Positions 39,676 through 49,116 are shown, counted from the first letter of the stretch. The stretch: DNA of 64,000 nucleotides from Candidatus Altarchaeum sp. (GCA_018260615.1 JAGWDQ010000053.1:1286-65285); one strand, 5' to 3'. A program made the numbers and translations. Notes: generated by a model not told the origin, from the letters alone.

Positions 39676-39740
39676 TATTTTATTATTTTTTATCACAATA
39701 TTAATTTTTAATGTTAGTTTTTAATAGTTATCTTATTTGT

Positions 39741-39824
39741 GCCGAGGTGGCAGAGTGGTTTAATGCGCCAGCCTTGAGAGCTGGTTCCTGCGAAGGTGCC
39801 TGAGTTCGAATCTCAGCCTCGGCG
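39741..39824 (+). tRNA. tRNA-Ser (anticodon UGA)
   Basis: acceptor gccgagg/cctcggc+g, anticodon stem ccagc/gctgg with loop cuUGAga, long variable arm, T arm ctgag-ttcgaat-ctcag; CCA not encoded. Confidence 0.9.
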
Positions 39825-39951
39825 AATTTATGTATTTAAATTTATTCTCATCGGATAAAAATTTGGTTCTTATTTTTGATAGCGAAGTGCTATTTTAAAT
39901 TTTACAAGTTTAAATCACACCTTGCAATATGAAAATCAATATAATTTAATT

Positions 39952-40075
39952 TATACCTGAGTTTGAAAGATATTTAAAAAATGTCTAAAAACACCTTTAA
40001 AATTGTCTTTTTGTTGCCATGTCAATTTTACAATTTTAAAGGTCAAAACCCCATAACTTTCAAAGACAGGTTATA
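39952..40075. mobile_element. 124-bp MITE-like element, copy 2
   Basis: internal sequence identical by eye to 739..862; flanked by ttatac on both sides; 128 bp downstream of tRNA-Ser. Confidence 0.7.
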
Positions 40076-40166
40076 CTTAAAATTAATATGGTGTATTTAT
40101 TTACCTTTATTGGTTAATTAATATTTAATTAAAAAAATAAAAAAGTTTAAATCACACTATGTAAAG

Positions 40167-40841
40167 ATGGAAACAGGATTTAACAACACGGAAAATTTGG
40201 AGATGGGAAAAGATAATAACAGTGAAATTGAAAAGATAATAGAGAATGCGTGGAAAATGTTTTGTGAATATTATGATGGTAAGGTATCCGAATATGCAAA
40301 ACAATTGAAGGATGACAAAAAAAGGGCTAATTCACATTGGATATGCTGGAACGAATCTGATTTAATGCTTCAATTCGGGCGATTCTTTTACAAAGAATTA
40401 GATAAGATTGATTCTAAAATTGAAATACACTTTGATAAAAATTTAAATAAGAATAATTTTAAGCCTGGTGACTATACCTTTGCTAATAAATTACCAGAAT
40501 TAAAAAACAATCTCGGCAGATGCCCCAAAGTAGATTTAATAATTACGCCGGAAGATGATTACGTTCAGTTTTTAATATGCGGAGAAGCAAAATATTTTCA
40601 TTGTTCAGAAGAATCTATATCTCGGGGTGGACGAACTGCGGAAGAATCTATAGAAAAGGACTTTAAAACCTTGTCAGCAATAAAAAAATTAGGTATTGCA
40701 AAGAATGTTGTATTTATTATCTTTGATGATTATTATTACTATAAAGAGCCTGAAAAATCTAAAAATATTGAAAATTTATTAGAGAAATACAATAAAGAAA
40801 TAAAAATATTGTACCACGATTCCCATGCAAAAACGAAGTAA
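40167..40841 (+). CDS. hypothetical protein with possible PD-(D/E)xK nuclease core
   Basis: 224 aa; CPKVDLIITPEDD...FLICGEAKYF fits a D...ExK arrangement; no other recognisable motif. Confidence 0.4.
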   Translation: METGFNNTENLEMGKDNNSEIEKIIENAWKMFCEYYDGKVSEYAKQLKDDKKRANSHWICWNESDLMLQFGRFFYKELDKIDSKIEIHFDKNLNKNNFKPGDYTFANKLPELKNNLGRCPKVDLIITPEDDYVQFLICGEAKYFHCSEESISRGGRTAEESIEKDFKTLSAIKKLGIAKNVVFIIFDDYYYYKEPEKSKNIENLLEKYNKEIKILYHDSHAKTK

Positions 40842-40969
40842 ATGTTTAAAGGATGGTTTTTAAACAGCAGATTTTGACATAGTGTTATATATTTTGCTGT
40901 CACGAAAAATTGCGGCGGTGAAATTGGTTTAAATTGCAATATGTAGTATGGGAATGCAATAACGCTTTT

Positions 40970-41632
40970 CTATATATGAGCGATTTCTTTTTCCATAAAA
41001 TTAAAAATTTCTCCTGCAATTGCTATTTTACTACCTTTTACATGTCTAATTTCATCCTTACTTATCAAAAACACCTCTGCTTTATCACTTCCGAATTTAC
41101 TCTTTGCCACATCATTAGCAACAACCATATCTAAATTTTCAGCCCTTAATTTTTCAATCGCAGAATTTTTTAGGGCATCATCACTTACATCATATTCTGC
41201 TTTAAACGCAACAACGAATACATCGGGAAATTTTTGTTTAGCTAATTTAACAAGCTTTTCTGTTGGCTTTAATTTTAGCAAAATTTCGCTGTTTGACTTT
41301 ATCTTAAAATTTTTCCTTTCAACTGTCCAGTCGGAAATTGCAGCGGGACAAATAAAAATTTCGCAGTCGGAAATTTCGCTTAAAACCGCCTCTCTGAAAT
41401 GAGCATAAGTAATTGCATTAATAACTTTTTCAACTCCGTCTGTGTCTGAAATTTTTTTTATTGTTCTTTTTGTTAATGCACTTCCGGAACCATAAATAAA
41501 TTTAACCGTATGTTTTCTCTTTATCGCTTCTTTAAGCAAAGCAATTCCCATCTTTCCCGAACTGTCATTTGAAATAAATCTTATTGCGTCAATATATTCC
41601 TTTGTTGCCCCTGCGGCGATTAAAATTTTCAT
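40970..41632 (-). CDS. coaB: phosphopantothenate-cysteine ligase-like (CoaB/DFP domain only)
   Basis: MKILIAAGATKEYIDAIRFISNDSSGKMG matches the CoaB G.T.E.iD.VR.i.N.SSGkmG pattern; internal Met start chosen. Confidence 0.7.
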   Translation of the reverse strand: MKILIAAGATKEYIDAIRFISNDSSGKMGIALLKEAIKRKHTVKFIYGSGSALTKRTIKKISDTDGVEKVINAITYAHFREAVLSEISDCEIFICPAAISDWTVERKNFKIKSNSEILLKLKPTEKLVKLAKQKFPDVFVVAFKAEYDVSDDALKNSAIEKLRAENLDMVVANDVAKSKFGSDKAEVFLISKDEIRHVKGSKIAIAGEIFNFMEKEIAHI

Positions 41633-41765
41633 ATTAAATTTCGTAAAATAAATTTCCTTCAAAATTTTAAAAATAAATAGGAAATTTCAGCATGTGCAAT
41701 TGCCTGTTTACTTATAACTTCTTTACTTCAAGAGTATGAGAGGTTATGTTGCTCTTGGAATACAT

Positions 41766-43337
41766 TTAAATGCGGGTAAGGATAGATACCACTTTGTTTG
41801 GTTTAAGATTATTTTTTATGATGCGTCCTTTTACCGGGTGGGAAGATGCGTCTACTATCACGCTACCTGCTAAATTTTCTATGTCGCCTCTTTGCTCCCC
41901 GTAAAATTCTATATACCAAACATAGTGAGGAAGAAAAACAGAATTAATATCAACACCCGCTTCATAAAGCTTTTCTTTCATATATCGCGAGTCAACCAAT
42001 AAAATACGATGATACTTTAAATTTTTGTATATGTTTATCTCGTCGTTCTCTTTTTTAACAATATATTTATTAGTTTTGCCACTGCTCGTTTTTAAGATTA
42101 CTTCATATTCTTTCTCATCAAGCTTTAGTTCAAGTGAGTTTTCATCTTTTATAACAGTTATAGTTTTACCATCATTGCTTTTTTTAATTTCCGCATTCCC
42201 CACCCAATCTATTTTCAAATTCTTTATGAGATAATCTATGAATCGCTTACTATTGTTTCCCGGTATATCTGCCCAGTTAAACAAATACAAATTATCAGAT
42301 ACCATTTTATTTATTGACTCCCCTGGAAAATACACCCTCTCAAATTCTATTGAAAAAAGAAATACTGATTTATCTTCTTCCCTTAATTTCTTCCCTAATT
42401 TTTCCTTTTCTATTTTGACACTATATTTTTCTCCTTTTCCAAATGTCTCTTTAATATGATATCCCGAATCATCAAATATTATGTAGTTATCAACAACACC
42501 ATTTTTCAAAGTATGTCCACAAACAACTATCACATGATTTTTAAATGCTATGATACAGGGAATCCCGCTTTCAATGTAGGTATCAATATATTTTAGAACA
42601 TTTTTAATGTCACCATTTCCTATAACCCTGACAAAATATCCATTCTCTAATAATGAGATGGCCATATCTTGAATGGTAAGTTCCTTAACCGAAGGTATTT
42701 TTCTACCATACATAGATGGTGGCGCTCTTGAAATTATTTTTTCTATTGTAGGAGGATTCATATTGTGCTTTATGTGCATTAATTCCGATATCATGTAAAG
42801 GTCTGCATGAGCACATCGGGTAACGGCACCGTCTTGAGAAAAGAAAGGAAATGTTTCTATTTTTAAGTGTTTGTTTCCAATGTGTATGTTGTATTCTCCT
42901 GTTACCATGTATAACTCTTCACCTTCTTTAATCTCATAGAAATCTTTATTTGGTTTTAGAACTATTTTTGAGATTACACATTGTGAAGGAAGAAGCAGCG
43001 GACGTAATGTGAAATACCCCTGGTAAGAACCAGAGTCAATTTCATTTATGTTATTTATATCTTCGGATATCAGATGGATTCTAAAAGCAAAAGGAGTGCT
43101 AAAATATACTGTTTTGCTATAATGTAACGCGTACAATTCCCTCCACTCTTTTTCAACATAAGGATACTCTAGTATATATGTCTTTGTTATTTCAGTAAAT
43201 TTTCCCAATCGCCCTTTTATTCTTTCTACTAATTCATTTCCATCGTGAGAATTTTTCTCCAAATCAGAGATATGCTTATTATATGATAGTATTACATCCT
43301 TTAAATTTTTCCCTATTTCATAGTTTATAACATCCAA
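41766..43337 (-). CDS. hypothetical protein with a central C39-like (papain-fold) cysteine peptidase domain
   Basis: 523 aa; SQDGAVTRCAHADLYMIS (Gln..Cys) and NHVIVVCGHT...DNYIIFDDSG (His..Asp) fit the Q-C-H-D order of C39-like peptidases; flanking domains unrecognised. Confidence 0.45.
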   Translation of the reverse strand: MDVINYEIGKNLKDVILSYNKHISDLEKNSHDGNELVERIKGRLGKFTEITKTYILEYPYVEKEWRELYALHYSKTVYFSTPFAFRIHLISEDINNINEIDSGSYQGYFTLRPLLLPSQCVISKIVLKPNKDFYEIKEGEELYMVTGEYNIHIGNKHLKIETFPFFSQDGAVTRCAHADLYMISELMHIKHNMNPPTIEKIISRAPPSMYGRKIPSVKELTIQDMAISLLENGYFVRVIGNGDIKNVLKYIDTYIESGIPCIIAFKNHVIVVCGHTLKNGVVDNYIIFDDSGYHIKETFGKGEKYSVKIEKEKLGKKLREEDKSVFLFSIEFERVYFPGESINKMVSDNLYLFNWADIPGNNSKRFIDYLIKNLKIDWVGNAEIKKSNDGKTITVIKDENSLELKLDEKEYEVILKTSSGKTNKYIVKKENDEINIYKNLKYHRILLVDSRYMKEKLYEAGVDINSVFLPHYVWYIEFYGEQRGDIENLAGSVIVDASSHPVKGRIIKNNLKPNKVVSILTRI

Positions 43338-43455
43338 TTTAATATCTCTTTAAAAATAGATTTGATATTTAAAAATAAAATCAACAAAACGAAATATCCT
43401 TTCCATAAAGAATTCGGGACCTCTAAAAAGCCATAAGATGGGTCTTTTTAAACAA

Positions 43456-43614
43456 TTAAAACACATAATAAGTGGCTGCCCGGGTCCAACACTCAGCCTC
43501 TTTTCTCTCTCTTTCCCAACCCTCTTCTTGCGTTTCTTCCCAATTCGAATCCATTATTAAATCCTCGCATAATAAGTCCTTAACGGCATTCGTTTTTTTG
43601 TTTTTTATCTTCAT
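43456..43614 (-). CDS. possible 52-aa Trp/Glu-rich peptide
   Basis: hand translation MKIKNKKTNAVKDLLCEDLIMDSNWEETQEEGWERERKEAECWTRAATYYVF; locally GC-richer than the surrounding spacer; same strand and 118 bp upstream of the C39-like gene; below the ORF-track length cutoff. Confidence 0.25.
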   Translation of the reverse strand: MKIKNKKTNAVKDLLCEDLIMDSNWEETQEEGWERERKEAECWTRAATYYVF

Positions 43615-43704
43615 TTTATTTTAGTAAATTTAAGTAAAAAGTTGATAAATTTACTATGATAGTAATTAGTTTTATAACTAATTAATTAGTGTTCATCCGC
43701 AAAG

Positions 43705-43850
43705 TATAAAATTTTGAAAAAATTTTAACTTTTAAACGGTAATTTAAAAATCGCAAAGATTTTTAAAGATTAAAAACTTATAGTTTTTTAGTAATTATTA
43801 TGTTTTTAACCTCGCTTATGCTCGGATATTTACTCATTTCATTCGTAAAT
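43705..43850. repeat. mosaic hairpin repeat cluster (degenerate)
   Basis: tttttaaagattaaaaacttatagttttttagta (degenerate inverted tactgaaaa module) and aacctcgcttatgctcggatattt. Confidence 0.6.
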
Positions 43851-43890
43851 GGCAAAAATTGTTCGTTTATGGATAGACACTAATTAAATT

Positions 43891-43970
43891 GGCTCTTATT
43901 TTTTAATTCGTGATTTAGATAGTGAAATGACTTCGGATATATCGCTCCGGCAAAGATAAAAATAAGAGCC
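43891..43970. repeat. long hairpin: 13-bp perfect arms ggctcttattttt / aaaaataagagcc around 54 nt
   Basis: arms at 43891-43903 and 43958-43970; related ggYtcttattttt-Ratagcg motif also at 39865 and 53293. Confidence 0.7.
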
Positions 43971-44041
43971 ATTATTTTTAATGTGATATTAATTTATAAT
44001 ATTAATAATGTGAGCTTAATTTAAATTTTAACCAAATTTTT

Positions 44042-44449
44042 ATGGACGAATATGATTCAATGTTGGAAAGAGCAATGAATAAACTCCCCCGGATGGCATT
44101 AAGACACCAGAGATTTGAAATTCCGAAAATATCCTCGTTTATAGAGGGGTCAAGAACTATAATAAAAAATTTAGGGGATGTGGCAAGCGTTTTGCATCGC
44201 CCTCAGGAGGAAATTTTTACATTTTTGCTTAAAGAACTGGCATCAAGAGGAGATATAGAAAAAGGAAGGGCAATAATTGAAAGGCCTATGAAGGATGAGA
44301 TGATAAACGATAAAATAAAAAAATACACGAATGAATTTGTATTGTGTAAGGAATGCGGAAAGCCGGACACGAAAATAGATGTAATTGAAGGACATACTGC
44401 TTTGAGATGTATGGCATGCGGCGCGTGGAGATTTGTCAGAAAGATATAA
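44042..44449 (+). CDS. eif2b: translation initiation factor aIF-2 beta subunit
   Basis: 135 aa; C-terminal Zn ribbon CKECGKPDT...CMACG. Confidence 0.9.
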   Translation: MDEYDSMLERAMNKLPRMALRHQRFEIPKISSFIEGSRTIIKNLGDVASVLHRPQEEIFTFLLKELASRGDIEKGRAIIERPMKDEMINDKIKKYTNEFVLCKECGKPDTKIDVIEGHTALRCMACGAWRFVRKI

Positions 44450-44454
44450 AAAAA

Positions 44455-45639
44455 ATGGAAAATAATGCTAATGTTAATGGAGGAGTTAACTGGGGAAATA
44501 TAAGCATTTCCGGAAGCGACATTTCCCGGATTTTGCAGGAGAATATTCTTTTACGGCTAGAAAACAAGAAATTAATAGAGGAAACAAACATTCTGGCTGC
44601 GGAGATTAAAAAATTTAAAGATAATCCACAAAAATATCCTTTTCCCGTTGCTACTGTCAGAGATGTGCTTGAAGACGGAAGGATTATCGTTACGATAAAT
44701 TTCGGGAGTGAAATTGTTGTAACAAACGGAGCTGACAAAAAAGCAGAAATAACTGATAAAGTTGTGCTGGCAAATGATTTCGGAGCGATTACGGAAATTT
44801 TACCGAAGTCGCATCAAATTTCACTTATGAATATGGATGAAAAGCCGAATGTAACTTATACGGATATAGGCGGGTTGCAGGAACAAAAAAGAGCGATAAA
44901 AGAGGTTGTTGAACTGCCGCTGAAAAATCCGGAAATTTTCAGAAAAGTAGGGATAAGTCCTCCGAAAGGAATTTTGCTTTATGGTCCTCCCGGAACGGGA
45001 AAGACCATGCTTGCCAAAGCAGTAGCAAATGCCACGGATGCAAAATTTATAGAAGTTGTTGCTTCCGAACTGGCACAAAAATATCTCGGAGAAGGAGGCA
45101 AGTTAGTCAGGGAAATTTTCAGATATGCAAAAGAAAATGCTCCGGCCATAATATTCATCGACGAAATTGACGGAATTGCACATTCGCGCTCGGGCGAGGT
45201 GCAGGGTGCGGACAGAGAGGTTCAGAGAACACTTACACAATTACTTGCGGAAATGGACGGATTTACGCCCCTGGACAGGGTCAAGGTTATAGGAGCAACA
45301 AACCGGCTGGATATAGTTGATGCCGCATTACTTCGTCCGGGAAGGTTTGACCGGCTTATTGAGATTCCTCTGTGTGATTACGAAGGAAGAAGGGAAATTT
45401 TTAAAATATACATGAATAAGATGAATAGTCCTGATATAAACACCGATGAACTATCAAGGACGGAAAATTTAAGCGGTGCACAAATCAAAGGAATATGCAC
45501 GGAAGCCGGACTGAACGCAATAAGACAGGGAAGGGACTTTGTTGTCCGGGATGATTTCGTAATTGCAATAGAAAAGGCAGAAAGCAGCAAAAAGACAAAT
45601 GGGTTTGTCATTCCGGTTGTGCAGGAGTTGTATGTGTGA
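44455..45639 (+). CDS. pan: proteasome-activating nucleotidase (AAA+ ATPase)
   Basis: N-terminal coiled coil, Walker A GPPGTGKT, Walker B IIFIDEID, C-terminal Hb-Y-X (LYV); ATG at 44455 chosen. Confidence 0.9.
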   Translation: MENNANVNGGVNWGNISISGSDISRILQENILLRLENKKLIEETNILAAEIKKFKDNPQKYPFPVATVRDVLEDGRIIVTINFGSEIVVTNGADKKAEITDKVVLANDFGAITEILPKSHQISLMNMDEKPNVTYTDIGGLQEQKRAIKEVVELPLKNPEIFRKVGISPPKGILLYGPPGTGKTMLAKAVANATDAKFIEVVASELAQKYLGEGGKLVREIFRYAKENAPAIIFIDEIDGIAHSRSGEVQGADREVQRTLTQLLAEMDGFTPLDRVKVIGATNRLDIVDAALLRPGRFDRLIEIPLCDYEGRREIFKIYMNKMNSPDINTDELSRTENLSGAQIKGICTEAGLNAIRQGRDFVVRDDFVIAIEKAESSKKTNGFVIPVVQELYV

Positions 45640-45683
45640 AATTTTTCCGTAAATTTAAATAAATTTTAAAATTTAATTCAGAG

Positions 45684-46085
45684 ATGGACGACGAAAGAAA
45701 AAACAGGTACGGGGACAAGATAAATTTTATAATAGAAAGGACTGAAGGCATCCCCAGGACAAATTTTGATGACGATATTATCCGGGATGCGGCATTTTAT
45801 AAAATTCAAACCGCAATTGAATGTGTTACAGATATTGTCGCGATGCTCGTCAGAGATATGGGCAAAGATGTAGGTGATGATTATCATAATCTGGAGATAC
45901 TGAAAGATAAGGACATAATAGATGAAGAAATGTATGAGAAATTAAAAAAGTTAAACGGAATGAGAAATATAATTGTTCACAGATACAATAAGATAGAAGA
46001 AGATCTTATATTTAACAACATTGACGAAATAAGGAAAAATATTCTAAATTTTATTGAAATTGCTGAAAATGTTATCAACAGATAA
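45684..46085 (+). CDS. hepT: HepT-like (DUF86) RNase toxin
   Basis: RNIIVHRY = Rx4-6H motif; 133 aa. Confidence 0.8.
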   Translation: MDDERKNRYGDKINFIIERTEGIPRTNFDDDIIRDAAFYKIQTAIECVTDIVAMLVRDMGKDVGDDYHNLEILKDKDIIDEEMYEKLKKLNGMRNIIVHRYNKIEEDLIFNNIDEIRKNILNFIEIAENVINR

Positions 46086-46497
46086 ATTGCCTGATGAAAT
46101 AAAAAATGACTTAAAGGACTTAAGAACTTATGAGGTTATAATATATGGCAGTTATGTTAAAGAAAAGAGCATAAGAGATATTGATATTGCAGTAATAACA
46201 AAAATCAAAAATAAAGATGAAAATTTAAAAATATGGTATGACCTTATAGGCAGGTTTCCTCCGCTCTACGACATAAAAATTTTTGAACTCTTACCTTTGA
46301 CTATAAAAGCCACAATAATCAACAATTACAAAGTAATATTTGGAAATTCGCCTGATATTTCAGAATATTTTTATTTTTACCGGAAATTGTGGGATGACCA
46401 GAAGCACAGAATAGAGGAAAACAGGTTCAAAAGTTATAAAGACAAAATTTGTGCAATGGAAAGATGGAAAAAGTTGAGGACTGAAAGGTTTAAGTAA
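46069..46497 (+). CDS. mntA: MNT-type nucleotidyltransferase antitoxin
   Basis: IYGSYVKEKSIRDIDIAV = GS-x-DxD motif; overlaps the hepT 3' end. Confidence 0.75.
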   Translation: MLSTDKLPDEIKNDLKDLRTYEVIIYGSYVKEKSIRDIDIAVITKIKNKDENLKIWYDLIGRFPPLYDIKIFELLPLTIKATIINNYKVIFGNSPDISEYFYFYRKLWDDQKHRIEENRFKSYKDKICAMERWKKLRTERFK

Positions 46498-46531
46498 ATT
46501 TAAATAAGTTAAAATAAAAATTTTAAGCAAA

Positions 46532-46924
46532 ATGAGGAGTATGAGTTTTTTTGGGCCGCCTGTATCACAAGGCAGATTAGTCAAAATGATGGTAGAAAAA
46601 CTTTTAAATCTTCCGAAAGGAACTTCAGACATTAAAGGCAGTGCCATTGCGAATCTCGGAATAATTGGTGATGCGTGCACAACCCGTTATCTTACAGAAG
46701 CGTGGAATAAAGCAAAAAAGATTGCTGCGCGGGATTATCCTGACAGATTTATATTGGATAACAGAAGCACATTGCAATGGAAAGAAGAGGATGTAAAAAT
46801 TTTAGACAAAAATATTTCGCAGGCAAACTATAAAAAACTGAACGAACTGGCTGATAACGAAAATTTAAATGTTGATGAAATGGTTTCATTGTTAATCGGG
46901 AACTACAAAAAAGGCAGGAAATAA
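46532..46924 (+). CDS. hypothetical protein (130 aa)
   Basis: ORF only; no motif recognised. Confidence 0.3.
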   Translation: MRSMSFFGPPVSQGRLVKMMVEKLLNLPKGTSDIKGSAIANLGIIGDACTTRYLTEAWNKAKKIAARDYPDRFILDNRSTLQWKEEDVKILDKNISQANYKKLNELADNENLNVDEMVSLLIGNYKKGRK

Positions 46925-46988
46925 ATGAATTTAAATTTCAAAATTTAATTATTTCTATAAGTTAAGAAAATCAAACAGAAAAATTTAA

Positions 46989-48392
46989 ATGGACAGAAAA
47001 ATCATCGTGTTAAAATTCGGGGGATTTGCCGTTTCAACGGGAGAAAATATAAAGAAAATTTGCGAAATAGTCAAAAAAGAAAGAGAAAAACATAAGGTCG
47101 TTGTTACCGTATCGGCACTATACGGAGTTACGGATAAACTCGTGGAAATTTCGGAAAAAATTTCAGACACTCCTGCAATAGCGGTTGAAGTTGCGGCAAA
47201 AAATTTTTATGACGAAATACTCGCGCTGCACTATAAAACGGCGAAAGAGTGTATCGTAAATGAGAAAATTTTAACCGGAGTTATGGAAAAAATAAAGGCA
47301 TTGCTTGAAAAATTAAGAATTACTCTGATTGGTGTCGGATATTTAGAAGAAATTAATCCCAAATTTATGGATTATGTCATATCCTTCGGAGAAAAGATGT
47401 CGGTTTATGTCGTAAGCGGAGCATTGAATGATACAAATATTAAAGCGGTTCCATTGACGGGCTATGAGGCGGGAATTATTACCGACTCAAATTTTTCACA
47501 CGCAAAACCGCTGCCAGTAATTAATGAAACAATAAGGAAAAATTTAATGCCCATAATAGAAGAAGATAGTGTTCCGGTCGTTGCGGGTTTTATTGCCGCG
47601 GATATAAAAGGAACTGCAACAACCTTGGGAAGAGGCGGCTCCGATTATACTGCTGCATTACTTGCAAAGCATCTGAATGCCGTTGAGGTACAGATAATAA
47701 AAGATGTTGAAGGTGTATTATCAGCGGATCCGAAGATTACAAAAAATGCAAAACTTATAAGGCAGTTATCTTATGCCGAAGCAATGGATTTGGCATTATT
47801 CGGGGCAAAGGTTATGTATTCAAAGATGATAGAGCCGGCAATGGACGCAAAAATTCCCGTAAGGGTTAAAAGCATATTCATGCCGGATGACGAGGGAACG
47901 GTAATTGTTAAAAATGAAGAAATTATAGACAGGATAGTCAAAGCAGTTACGATGATGAAGGATGTTGCGGTGGTAAATATTAAAGGTGTCGGGATGGCAG
48001 AAACACCGGGAATTATTGGAAAAATTTTTTCCGAACTGGGAAATAAAGGAATAAATATTATAATGGTATCCGGCTCTTCCGAATCAAATTTGTCAATAGT
48101 TGTAAAGAAAAGCAACGTTGAAAATACCCTGGAAATAATAAATCAGCTCTCAAACTCAGGGATAAGAAAGATTGAAGTAATGGAAGATGTCAGAATTATT
48201 GCTGTAATCGGTGCAGGTATGGCCGGGAGCAAAGGGGTTGCGGCAAAGCTCTTTAAAATAGTTGCGGACAATGATGCGAGCATAATTATGATTGCACAGG
48301 GCTCATCGGAAGTTAATATATCATTTGTTGTTGAAGAAAAATTTAGCGAGGATATTGTTAAGGCGATACATAGAGAATTTATTGAAAAATAA
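46989..48392 (+). CDS. lysC: aspartate kinase
   Basis: VLKFGG N-terminal motif, GRGGSDYTA, tandem ACT-like C-terminal region. Confidence 0.9.
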   Translation: MDRKIIVLKFGGFAVSTGENIKKICEIVKKEREKHKVVVTVSALYGVTDKLVEISEKISDTPAIAVEVAAKNFYDEILALHYKTAKECIVNEKILTGVMEKIKALLEKLRITLIGVGYLEEINPKFMDYVISFGEKMSVYVVSGALNDTNIKAVPLTGYEAGIITDSNFSHAKPLPVINETIRKNLMPIIEEDSVPVVAGFIAADIKGTATTLGRGGSDYTAALLAKHLNAVEVQIIKDVEGVLSADPKITKNAKLIRQLSYAEAMDLALFGAKVMYSKMIEPAMDAKIPVRVKSIFMPDDEGTVIVKNEEIIDRIVKAVTMMKDVAVVNIKGVGMAETPGIIGKIFSELGNKGINIIMVSGSSESNLSIVVKKSNVENTLEIINQLSNSGIRKIEVMEDVRIIAVIGAGMAGSKGVAAKLFKIVADNDASIIMIAQGSSEVNISFVVEEKFSEDIVKAIHREFIEK

Positions 48393-48395
48393 AAA

Positions 48396-48729
48396 AATCA
48401 GAAGAATACTCACACAAAGTCACAAAGCCACCAGGTTACAAAATATAACTCCTCTGTGTCTCTGCGTCCTGGTGTGAGAGGACAATAAAATTAGAATACT
48501 ACTCACACAAAGCCACAAAGCCACAGAGTATTTTAAAATCAAGAGATTTTAAAAGATTGAAAATCTCACAGATTTTCAGTATTTAAAAAATCTCACAGAT
48601 TTTTTAAAGATTGAAATCTCAAAGTTTTCAGTATAACATCTTTTGTGTCTCTGTGTCTTGGTGTGAGGAACTAATAAAAAACTTATACTTTATAGAATAG
48701 TAAAAAATAATAAAATATTCACACAAAGA
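48396..48729. repeat. mosaic hairpin repeat cluster
   Basis: atcagaagaatactcacacaaagtcacaaagccaccaggttacaaaatataactcc..., two inverted tactgaaaa modules, cttttgtgtctctgtgtcttggtgtgagg; ends with tcacacaaag directly before the next ATG. Confidence 0.85.
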
Positions 48730-49116
48730 ATGATGAATGAAAATGAAATTGGAAAAATTATAGTTAATGCAGCAGTTGAAATACATAAAGAATTTGGACC
48801 CGGACTACTTGAAACGGTTTATGAGGTCATGCTCGCGTATAAACTTGAAAAACAAGGATTATCAGTCAAGCGACAAGTATCCGTTCCGATAGAATATGAA
48901 GGAATGAAATTTGACGAAGCTTTCAGAGTGGATATTTTTGTTGAGAATAAGGTGCTCATTGAGTTAAAGTCAGTTGAAGTAGTCAATAAAGCACATAAGA
49001 AACAAGTTTTGACTTATTTACGGTTGACAGGATGTAAGCTCGGATATCTGCTTAATTTTGGTGAGTTCTTGATGAAAGATGGAATATCAAGAATAATCAA
49101 TGGAGAAATAAATTAA
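48730..49116 (+). CDS. GxxExxY-family protein (PD-(D/E)xK superfamily)
   Basis: GPGLLETVYE (GxxExxY), VDIFVENKVLIELK, LTYLRLTGCKLGYLLNF. Confidence 0.85.
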   Translation: MMNENEIGKIIVNAAVEIHKEFGPGLLETVYEVMLAYKLEKQGLSVKRQVSVPIEYEGMKFDEAFRVDIFVENKVLIELKSVEVVNKAHKKQVLTYLRLTGCKLGYLLNFGEFLMKDGISRIINGEIN

